A DNA stretch of 64,000 bases. It comes from Alphaproteobacteria bacterium. Lineage in GTDB: Bacteria; Pseudomonadota; Alphaproteobacteria; Rhizobiales; Rhizobiaceae. The stretch covers positions 68,245-132,244 of the forward strand of contig JAHJHT010000010.1 in assembly GCA_018823835.1 (NCBI GenBank), written 5' to 3'. Each line of letters starts with the position of its first letter. Within the stretch, counting starts at the first letter, position 1. Below are positions 52,349-60,199 of this stretch, piece after piece. The translations under genes were made by a program, and so were the position numbers. Below the pieces are notes generated by a model, which saw nothing but the letters and a program-made list of their open reading frames with translations, was not told where the DNA came from and did no database searches.

Positions 52349-53650
52349 CTAGTCGACTAGCCCGTAGAGACGCGCGCGAAGACCCGCCTTGTCCTTGAGA
52401 TATGTACTTTTCAGCGTGTCCACAACATGGCGCCGCCAGGGCTCCGGAAAGCCCTTGTAGTCCGCGTAGAAGCCCTGCTTGTTGAAGATATAGCGCGAGA
52501 CGAAGTCGCTCGGCACGAAATCGGAAATCAGCCGGTTGGTCAGCCAGGCGTCCGGATGGTCCGGCCTCGCGCGCACCACGAGGAAGCGATGCTGCGGAAA
52601 CACCTCGTCGATCTTCAGCTGCCCGAGCTGCGCGATCTCGCGCTTCGCGGCATTCAGAAACGGAAAGATGCCGTCCTTGTTGATCAGTTCGGCATGGTTG
52701 AGAATCCAGGCCTGCAGCCAGACCTTGTCGACCTCGGTCAGGTCGCGCTTGGGCTCGGTCCTGCCGATCAGCGAACGGATCGCCATTTCGGCGCGGTGCT
52801 CGAGATAGTTCGAGGTCTCGATCCACGATCCGCGCGGCAGCTCGATGCGCCCTGTCGACGCGAGAAAGCCGAACACCCGGTCGGCGTCATGGATCGACAG
52901 ATAGCTCACCTGCCATGGCCGCGACCGCCGAAAGCCCGGCGCCGCCGGGTCGCTGATCACCGTCGTCATGTCGGGGTCGACGAAGACGTACACCCCGCCG
53001 AAATGGCTCGTCCAGAAAGCGTTGTGCCGGAAGATCACCTGATCGGGGACCAGGGCATTCTCGCGGATGTCGCCGCAGACCTTGGCCAGTTCCACCATGC
53101 GGTTGAGCATCGCGTCGTCGCGCCAGGCGTCCGGCTCCTGCTCCAGCCTGTCGGTCAGCTTGCCGAGTTCGGCGGCCTTTCCCAGCACATCTTCCGCCGA
53201 CAGCACGCGAAACTCGACCTGGTTGATCGACAGCAGGTCCTCGATATCTTCGACCCGCGCGACCGAATCCTCGATCTCGCCGTAGATGACATCCTTGATC
53301 GTCAGCGCATTGATGGCGCGCGCGTTCTTCACGAAGAACTCGTAGACCAGTTGCGAGGTGTTGGAGAATGCCGTGTGCACCACCGGCAGGTCGGCCTGCG
53401 CCGGCGTCAGGATGATGAAGCGGCGGTTGATTTCGTAAGGGTCGAGATACAGGAGATCTCCGAGTTCCTCAGCGATCTGCGGCGAGAACCCGGTACGATC
53501 GATCTCGAAGCTCTCGAGCTTCGTCGGCTGCAGCCCGAACGCCACCATCGCCTTGTTGTAGCGTTCGATCAGATGCGGCTGGTCGACCGTCAGCAGCCGG
53601 CCGTAGATCAGTTCGTTGTCGCGCAGCAGGTCCATGATTGGCTCAGCCAT
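52349..53650 (-). CDS. hypothetical protein (gene 4 of AAA+ operon)
   Basis: 433-aa ORF with protein-like composition and no motif I can name. It lies 35 nt after the AAA+ gene stop and 11 nt before the next start. Confidence 0.7.
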   Translation of the reverse strand: MAEPIMDLLRDNELIYGRLLTVDQPHLIERYNKAMVAFGLQPTKLESFEIDRTGFSPQIAEELGDLLYLDPYEINRRFIILTPAQADLPVVHTAFSNTSQLVYEFFVKNARAINALTIKDVIYGEIEDSVARVEDIEDLLSINQVEFRVLSAEDVLGKAAELGKLTDRLEQEPDAWRDDAMLNRMVELAKVCGDIRENALVPDQVIFRHNAFWTSHFGGVYVFVDPDMTTVISDPAAPGFRRSRPWQVSYLSIHDADRVFGFLASTGRIELPRGSWIETSNYLEHRAEMAIRSLIGRTEPKRDLTEVDKVWLQAWILNHAELINKDGIFPFLNAAKREIAQLGQLKIDEVFPQHRFLVVRARPDHPDAWLTNRLISDFVPSDFVSRYIFNKQGFYADYKGFPEPWRRHVVDTLKSTYLKDKAGLRARLYGLVD

Positions 53651-53685
53651 CCTGCCATATGCGCCGGCAAGGGATCAGGGCAGCG

Positions 53686-55596
53686 TCACGCATTCCACTG
53701 CCCCTTGGCCTTCATCGTTTCCATCTCGCGGACGGCGCGTTCACGCAGCCGCGCGTCGCGCAGAAGGTTGGAGACCGCCACGTCGTCGGAACGGTCCGAG
53801 TAGCGGAATTCCGAATCCGCATAGCGGTTGATCTCCTGCATCACCATGGACATGGAGAACGGGCCGCGCAGTTCCTCGATCATCGCCTTCTTGTCGTCGT
53901 AGCCCTTGTGCATGAAGGTTTCGGGCTTCTCGAACCACTCGTCGGGAAGCTCGATGTCCATGGCGCGCATCTTGATCGCATCGGTGACGTTCTTGATCGC
54001 GCGGCCGGTGAAGCGCGGTTCGGCCTCCTTGATCAGGTGCAGGTAGGCGCCGATGTCCGACATCGTCTTGGGCTCGCCGAATTCGTCGAGATAGCGGTCA
54101 TAGACCTTCTTCAGCCCCTCTTCCTGCGGCTTGGAGTGTTCCTCGTAGGCAGCCGTGACAGCCTTCTGGATGACCTGCGCCTCGAAAAGTTCATGGTCGC
54201 CGAGCGGGATCTTGTGATTCTTGCCGGCGAGCAGCACGAAGATGTCGATGTAGTCGTCGCGCGTCTGCGGACCGTCGACCAGCCATCTGGCGCCGGCGCG
54301 CTGGCGCAGTGCGTCGTCGACGTTTTCAGGGTAGTTCGAGAACATGCCGAAGGAACAGTTGCCGCGCACCACGGTGGTGGCGCCGGCAAAGCTTTCCATC
54401 AGCACGCCGGTTACTTCCTGCTGGCCGGCCGAGGCGCGGTCGTCCGAGCGCTTGGCGGCGACCTGGTCTATGTCATCGATCGTGCCGAAGCCGATGGCGC
54501 GCGGATTGATGACGTTGGTGACGAACTGCTTGCAGTTCTGGCCCGACTTGCCCTGGTAGGACGAGATCTGGTCAACGCCGAAATTCTCGTAGTGGAACGG
54601 GTAGCCTGCGACCTGACAGTAGTCGTTGATCAGCCCGGCGAGCATCTGGATCAGGATCGTTTTGCCGGTGCCCGGTGCGCCATCGCCGATGAAGGTGAAG
54701 AGAAAGCCGCCGAGCTCCACGAACGGGTTCAGCTGGCGGTCGAAATCATGTGCCATCAGCATCTTGGCAAGCTTCATCGCCTGGTACTTGGCAATGTGGT
54801 TGCCGATGATCTCGTTCGGCTTCTTGAAGGTCATCACCAGCTTGGTGCGCTTCTGGCCGGGCGCGACGTCGAAGCCGTCGAGCGTGAAATCGTCGGACTC
54901 GATGCGGATATGCGCATTCTCGAAGGTGCCGAGCCCGTCAAAGCGGCTCTTGCGCGAGAGCAGTCCCTCGATCGCCGTCCGTGCGAAGCTCTTTGCCCGG
55001 ACCGAAAGATCGGCGTCGCTCTTGGCGCCTGCAAGGGCACCGTCCAGCCCGGCAATCAGCGACTTCAGCGCGTCCTGCGGCGTGTCGAACAGGAAGTCGG
55101 GCTCCTCGATGTCGTTCGGCGCCTCGCCATCCGCCTCGATGAGCTGCAGCAGGTAGGATGCGAAGCTGAAGGCCGATATGTAGGCCGACGCCGACAGAAG
55201 CTTCTTGAAAACCGAGGCATCCTCGCCTTCGAGCGGTGCGCGCGCATTGCGCGCCTGAAGGCTTTCCAGGTCGGAGCCTTCCGCAAAGACCGCGGCGACG
55301 GCCAGCGCGATCGAGATGCCGCGCCGCGCCCGGTAGAGCAGCGTATGCTGCGGGATCGACATCAGCTGGTCGTCGGGCCGGATGGCCGCGACCGTCTTGC
55401 CGAGTTCGACCTCGCGGGTACGGCGCACCGAGCCGGTCGAAACCGTCGACACGAAACGGCGGCCGGTGCCGGCGATTTCGGTGCCCGACCGTCCGGAAGA
55501 ATCCTCCAGCACGACAATGCGCGTGATCATCGACTGCGCGGTCGCCCGGTGCTTCTCGATGTCGGCTTCGGAAATCGTGGTCAGGCCGGTGTCCAT
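53686..55596 (-). CDS. classic-clade AAA+ ATPase with ~300-aa uncharacterised N-terminal region (gene 3 of operon)
   Basis: Walker A GDGAPGTGKT (54658-54687), Walker B-like IGFGTIDDID, and sensor-1/SRH-like FSNYPENVDDALRQRAGARW. The ATG at 55596 follows GAGGAAA. The alternative TTG at 55650 would overlap the upstream stop by 4 nt. Confidence 0.85.
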   Translation of the reverse strand: MDTGLTTISEADIEKHRATAQSMITRIVVLEDSSGRSGTEIAGTGRRFVSTVSTGSVRRTREVELGKTVAAIRPDDQLMSIPQHTLLYRARRGISIALAVAAVFAEGSDLESLQARNARAPLEGEDASVFKKLLSASAYISAFSFASYLLQLIEADGEAPNDIEEPDFLFDTPQDALKSLIAGLDGALAGAKSDADLSVRAKSFARTAIEGLLSRKSRFDGLGTFENAHIRIESDDFTLDGFDVAPGQKRTKLVMTFKKPNEIIGNHIAKYQAMKLAKMLMAHDFDRQLNPFVELGGFLFTFIGDGAPGTGKTILIQMLAGLINDYCQVAGYPFHYENFGVDQISSYQGKSGQNCKQFVTNVINPRAIGFGTIDDIDQVAAKRSDDRASAGQQEVTGVLMESFAGATTVVRGNCSFGMFSNYPENVDDALRQRAGARWLVDGPQTRDDYIDIFVLLAGKNHKIPLGDHELFEAQVIQKAVTAAYEEHSKPQEEGLKKVYDRYLDEFGEPKTMSDIGAYLHLIKEAEPRFTGRAIKNVTDAIKMRAMDIELPDEWFEKPETFMHKGYDDKKAMIEELRGPFSMSMVMQEINRYADSEFRYSDRSDDVAVSNLLRDARLRERAVREMETMKAKGQWNA

Positions 55597-55646
55597 GTGA
55601 GTTTCCTCAGATTGCTCCGTCGCGCGGCACGAAATGCGCCGGGTGC

Positions 55647-56792
55647 TCAAACATCGCTGATCACCTGCCCGTTCGACAGGATGTGAACCTTGTAGTCCGC
55701 AAAAATCTTCTGCGCCTCGCCCACCGCGTAGAGCGCCTGGTAGGCCTCGTGCGGTATCAGCGCATGCTTCTCGTAGCTCGATACCCCCTGGCGCGCGGCT
55801 TCCAGGTCATCCGTGTTGATGAAGAATTCCTCGCTCGCCTGCTCGCTCGAGAACAGCCCCTTGCGGCCCGGCTTCTCGGCCTTGGAGAATACCTCCTGAA
55901 TGGTCCAGGTCAGCAGCCAGGCGCTCTCGGGTTTGCGTACTTTCGACAACACCTCGGTGACCGTCGAATTGTTTTCCGTGATGCCGGCCGAATAGAACGG
56001 CCCGAGCACGATGCGGCGCACCTGCTTGGGATGCAGCTCGGCAAAATCCTTGTCGAGATTGACCGCGATGGTCGCAGGCGACAGCGTGTAGGCCGAGTTC
56101 TTCTCGGTGAAATCGTCGAAGCGGTGGGCGAGTTCCGGGTTGAGCAGCCCGTCGACCGGCAGCGGTATTTCGACCTTCTCGTTCATCTTGCCGCTGTCGG
56201 TGACCAGCTGGCGCACCATCGCTTCGGAGGAATCCTCCACCGTCGCCATGTAGATCAGCGGGAGGTTGGCGCTGCCATCGAAACTTGCCCAATGGACGAG
56301 ATAGAAGGGCCGCCTGGTTTTCGGATTGACCGAGACCTTTGCGGTCTGGGCCAGCGTCATCGGCCCGAAGGCGAGCTCGGCGCTTACGTCCTCGAGATAG
56401 AGCCGCTCGGCCATTGACCGTCGCAACGCGGTCGGGAATTCCTTGTGGCGCAGGATGAAATCGACCATCTCGCCGCGCAATTCGTCGGCCTTGGGAATCT
56501 TGGCGAGACGCTCCGGTGCCGTGCGCCGGTCGTTCTCGAGCTCGAGCAGGTTCTGGAAGACCGGAAACCCGCTCTCTGCGCGTGAGATCCGGAAACTGTC
56601 CATGAAGCCCAGCCGGTTGCGCCAGCAGGTGAAGGAGATTTCCAGCCGCGCGATGTATTCGGCGACGATCTTCGCCACGATGCCGTGCCGGTAGAGCGGC
56701 GAACGGTCGTCGCGCATGAAGATCTCGAGTCCCCGCAGGGCCGCGGAGATCGCCTCGAAATAGCGGGCGGCGGCGTCATTCTCGGGTGTCAT
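55647..56792 (-). CDS. hypothetical protein (gene 2 of AAA+ operon)
   Basis: 381-aa ORF starting 30 nt after the gene 1 stop. It has no TM segment, no signal peptide and no recognisable motif. Confidence 0.7.
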   Translation of the reverse strand: MTPENDAAARYFEAISAALRGLEIFMRDDRSPLYRHGIVAKIVAEYIARLEISFTCWRNRLGFMDSFRISRAESGFPVFQNLLELENDRRTAPERLAKIPKADELRGEMVDFILRHKEFPTALRRSMAERLYLEDVSAELAFGPMTLAQTAKVSVNPKTRRPFYLVHWASFDGSANLPLIYMATVEDSSEAMVRQLVTDSGKMNEKVEIPLPVDGLLNPELAHRFDDFTEKNSAYTLSPATIAVNLDKDFAELHPKQVRRIVLGPFYSAGITENNSTVTEVLSKVRKPESAWLLTWTIQEVFSKAEKPGRKGLFSSEQASEEFFINTDDLEAARQGVSSYEKHALIPHEAYQALYAVGEAQKIFADYKVHILSNGQVISDV

Positions 56793-56822
56793 TCAGATCG
56801 ATCCGGCCCAGGCTTCGAGGCC

Positions 56823-57911
56823 TCAGGGCTGCACGTAGTTCGAGGCATTGTGCTTGCGCATCACCTCGTCGAAGCGGCGGGCGAAGGCATCGTCGGCCAG
56901 CTTTTTGCGGCGCTGGATATCGGCGGTGGCCACCATGTTCTTCTCGTGCAGTTCGAGCAGGTCGCCGATGTGCTTCTGCGAGGCCGCGCCGATGCCTGCC
57001 ATGGTTTCTTCGGCGGTGTTGTCCACCTTGCTGCCCAGCGTGTTGATCTTGTGCGCGACGTCCTGCTGCGCGGCGGTCTTCAGCGAGTCTTCCAAAGCCT
57101 TGTACAGCACGATGCGCTGCTCGGTATCGATCGTCAGCTTGTTGATCAGCGTGTTCTGCGCGGCGATCTGGTTGTTCAGCGAATCCACGAAGGTCTGGAA
57201 CATCGAGGTGTAGCGCTCGAGGGTCTGGCTCTCGGCCAGCAGCTCCTGTTCCTTGGCCTGCTTTTCGTTGTATTCGGTCGCCAGCTTGGAGCGTTCGCTC
57301 TCGAGGTCGGCGCGGTCCTTCTGGCTGGTCGAGGCGGCGATGCGGTTCTCCACGTCGAGCAGCATCGGGTTCAGCTCCTCGATCCGCTTCTGCACGGCTT
57401 CCAGCTTTGCCATCGTCGTCTTGCGCCGCTCGATCACCTGCGACAGGCTGGTTTCGGAGGTCTTGTAGCGCTGGTCGAGCACTTCCTTCTGCGCCTTCAA
57501 TATGCCGACGATCGTGTCCGACTTCGCCAGCAGTTCCTGCAGGTTGCCGGCCAGCGACATGTTGCGCACCCGCTCGGTGCGCATGCGCTGCTTCGATTCC
57601 GCCGAGAAGATGCCGATGAAGGTCTCCCAGCCGGTGAAGCTCTTCATGTTCTCGAACTCGGCGCCGAACACGTTGGTAGCATCCTCAAGCCCGATGATCA
57701 GGTCGGCAATGTTGCCTTCCATCACCTTCTGCTGCTTCAGCACGTCCTCGATGCGGGCATTCTCGATGTCGAAGTCGACAGAGCCGATTTTCTCGTCGGA
57801 CTTGGCGAACTGCTCCAGAACGATACCGGACTTGTCGATCTTGGAGCGCATCTCCTCGACGACCTTCTTGGTCTTGGCAATTTCGGCGTCGAAGTTCTGC
57901 AATGTCGCCAT
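56823..57911 (-). CDS. long coiled-coil protein (gene 1 of AAA+ operon), TelA/PspA-like in architecture only
   Basis: 362 aa, preceded by GGGGAGAG SD. It is Lys/Glu/Gln/Leu-rich with heptad-like stretches, no Cys, no TM segment, and one hydrophobic patch (FTGWETFIGIF). Confidence 0.75.
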   Translation of the reverse strand: MATLQNFDAEIAKTKKVVEEMRSKIDKSGIVLEQFAKSDEKIGSVDFDIENARIEDVLKQQKVMEGNIADLIIGLEDATNVFGAEFENMKSFTGWETFIGIFSAESKQRMRTERVRNMSLAGNLQELLAKSDTIVGILKAQKEVLDQRYKTSETSLSQVIERRKTTMAKLEAVQKRIEELNPMLLDVENRIAASTSQKDRADLESERSKLATEYNEKQAKEQELLAESQTLERYTSMFQTFVDSLNNQIAAQNTLINKLTIDTEQRIVLYKALEDSLKTAAQQDVAHKINTLGSKVDNTAEETMAGIGAASQKHIGDLLELHEKNMVATADIQRRKKLADDAFARRFDEVMRKHNASNYVQP

Positions 57912-58188
57912 CTTGGCTCTCCCCGGCTTCTTTGGTGAGCGGAATATATGGGCGGGGCGGAGCGATTGAAAGCCAAGAACCGAGCCGCAGGGTCGAAAAC
58001 CGGAATGCCTTCGGACCTGGAGGCCGGCAGTCCGGGACAGGCCTTTGTCGCTATGCGGTCAGGCTGTGCCGCAAAGCGACCCGTCGTAACGCTTGAAACA
58101 GCGGGAAAATGATGTTTGGCTTGCGCGATCCGGCCGGACGGCGAACACAGGACCGCCAGGCCAGAAGAATTTCAATGGGAGAATCCAC

Positions 58189-59124
58189 ATGTCGCGTATG
58201 AACTCACTAGCCGCGGGCCTCGGCCTTGCGGCCTTTCTATCGTCGGGCGTGGCTTTCGCTGCCGACCCGGAAAGCTGCAAGGAAGTCCGGCTCTCGGACG
58301 TCGGCTGGACCGACATTCAGGCGACCACCGGTGTCGCCTCGGTCCTGCTCGAAGCTCTCGGCTACGAGCCGGACGTCAAGGTCCTGTCCGTGCCGGTCAC
58401 CTATGCATCGCTGAAGAACAACGACCTCGACGTCTTCCTCGGCAACTGGATGCCGTCGATGACGGCGGACATCAAGGAATACACTGACGAGGGCTCGGTC
58501 GAGACCATCAGCCAGAACCTCGAGGGCGCCGGCTACGGCATCGTTGTTCCGACCTATGTTGCTGAGGGCGGCGTCAAGAGCCTGAAGGACATCGGCAAGT
58601 TCAAGGACAAGTTCAACGGCAAGATGTACGGCATCGAGGCCGGCAATGACGGCAACCGCATCATGCTCGACATGATCGCCGACCCGGAGAACGGGCTGGA
58701 TGGCTTCGACCTCGTCGAATCCTCGGAAGCCGGCATGCTCACGCAGGCCGAGCAGTCGATGAAGAACAACGAGTGGATCGCCTTCCTCGGCTGGACCCCG
58801 CATCCGATCATGGGCGAGATGAAGATCACCTATCTCGACGGCATGGGCGATTCGGGCTTCGGCGCCGCCACCGTCCACACCAACGTGCGCAAGGGCTATC
58901 TCGAGGAATGCCCGAACGCCGGCAAGTTCATCGGCAATCTGAAGTTCACCCTGTCGATGGAAAACGAGATGATGGACGAGATCCTCAAGGGCGGCGACGC
59001 CAACACTGTCGCCACAGCCTGGCTGAAGGCCAACCCCGACGCCATCACGCCCTGGCTTGAAGGCGTCACCACCTTCGATGGCGGCGATGCATCGGCTGCC
59101 GTCAAGTCGGCGCTCGGCATGTAG
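58189..59124 (+). CDS. proX: glycine betaine/proline betaine ABC transporter substrate-binding protein
   Basis: Trimmed to the ATG at 58189, after GGGAGA. It has a signal peptide, and VRLSDVGWTDIQATTGV...FLGNWMPS is typical of ProX/OpuAC. Confidence 0.88.
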   Translation: MSRMNSLAAGLGLAAFLSSGVAFAADPESCKEVRLSDVGWTDIQATTGVASVLLEALGYEPDVKVLSVPVTYASLKNNDLDVFLGNWMPSMTADIKEYTDEGSVETISQNLEGAGYGIVVPTYVAEGGVKSLKDIGKFKDKFNGKMYGIEAGNDGNRIMLDMIADPENGLDGFDLVESSEAGMLTQAEQSMKNNEWIAFLGWTPHPIMGEMKITYLDGMGDSGFGAATVHTNVRKGYLEECPNAGKFIGNLKFTLSMENEMMDEILKGGDANTVATAWLKANPDAITPWLEGVTTFDGGDASAAVKSALGM

Positions 59125-59344
59125 GGCAACCAGCCCGGAGACGGGAATGATCAGGGCAGCCGGGAGATGTTCCGGCTGCCCTTTCCGTTTAGCCATGCAA
59201 TGATAAGCTAATGGACGTCGTCCCAAAAATGGTAGGGGCTTTGGGCTAGCGACGTGAAAGAGCACGAGTTGGGCCGCGTCGCATGAATTCGTTTCGTAGC
59301 GACGCGCTTTAGCGTGCATGGGGCAATCCGCGCGAGGGGGCGAT

Positions 59345-60199
59345 ATGGATCCGGTTTCTGAATTTCTGGTCGATTACAAGATTCCGATTGGCGCCTGGGG
59401 CAAGGACTTCTTCGAGTTCCTGACCGACAATTTCAACACCATCTTCCGCGCCTTTTCCAACGGCCTGAACTTCCTGCTCGAAGGCATGGTGGACATCCTC
59501 CTGATGATGCCGCCGGTCGTGCTCGCACTGGTCATTGCCGGCATCGCCTACCTGCTTCAACGGTCGAAGCCCCTGGCGCTCGGCGTCTTTCTGGGTCTGG
59601 CCTTCATCATCAATCAGGACCTCTGGAAGCAGACCGTCGAAACGCTGGTGCTGGTCGTCGCCGCCGCCGCCATGTCGATGGCCATCGGTGTGCCCATGGG
59701 CATCTGGGCCGCGCACAAGCCGAAGGTCTACCGCGTGCTGCTGCCGGTCCTCGACCTGATGCAGACCCTGCCGACCTTCGTCTACCTGATCCCGGTGCTT
59801 ACCCTGTTCGGCCTCGGCAACGCGCCGGGCCTGATCGTCACCATCATCTTCGTCATCCCGACCTCGGTCCGGCTCACCCATCTCGGCGTCACTTCGGTGC
59901 CGACCGCCATCATCGAAGCCGGCGAAGCCTTCGGCGCCACCAAGCGGCAATTGCTGTGGAAGGTGGAACTCCCCTCTGCCCTGCCCACCATCATGGCGGG
60001 CCTCACCCAGTCGATCATGCTGTCGCTCTCGATGGTGGTCTTTGCCGCCCTCATCGGCGCCGGCGGCCTCGGCACCGAGATCAATCGCGCACTGGGTTCG
60101 CGCAAGATCGACCTCGGTCTTGAGGCGGGGCTTGCCATCGTCATTCTGGCGATCATTCTCGACCGGGCTACCCGGATCGGTGTCGGAGGCAAGAAATGA
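59345..60199 (+). CDS. proW: glycine betaine/proline ABC transporter permease
   Basis: Trimmed to the ATG at 59345, after GAGGGGG. It has the EAA-type loop (IEAGEAFGATKRQLLWKVELP) and a 4-nt overlap with proV. Confidence 0.88.
   Translation: MDPVSEFLVDYKIPIGAWGKDFFEFLTDNFNTIFRAFSNGLNFLLEGMVDILLMMPPVVLALVIAGIAYLLQRSKPLALGVFLGLAFIINQDLWKQTVETLVLVVAAAAMSMAIGVPMGIWAAHKPKVYRVLLPVLDLMQTLPTFVYLIPVLTLFGLGNAPGLIVTIIFVIPTSVRLTHLGVTSVPTAIIEAGEAFGATKRQLLWKVELPSALPTIMAGLTQSIMLSLSMVVFAALIGAGGLGTEINRALGSRKIDLGLEAGLAIVILAIILDRATRIGVGGKK

Noticed and set aside
51201-52826. 541-aa track ORF, which would make gene 5 overlap gene 4 by about 480 nt.
   Set aside because: The upstream 163 codons are Arg/Ala/Gly-rich and overlap the well-formed gene 4 frame. 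The ATG at 52337, with an SD, lies 11 nt after the gene 4 stop and begins exactly at the hydrophobic N-terminus.
51180-57938. Plus-strand ORFs antisense to the AAA+ operon: 51180-52352, 52427-53803, 53638-55686 (682 aa), 55683-56417, 56685-57938.
   Set aside because: Their composition is dominated by Arg/Gly/Asp/Val/His, typical of the reverse complement of GC-rich genes. They have no SDs and no motifs. The minus-strand frames have motifs, SDs and tight operon spacing.
57912-58000. Sigma-32-type promoter (CTTG...CCCATAT) for the AAA+ operon.
   Set aside because: The spacer between CTTG and the -10-like element is 21-23 nt, against the expected 16-18 nt.
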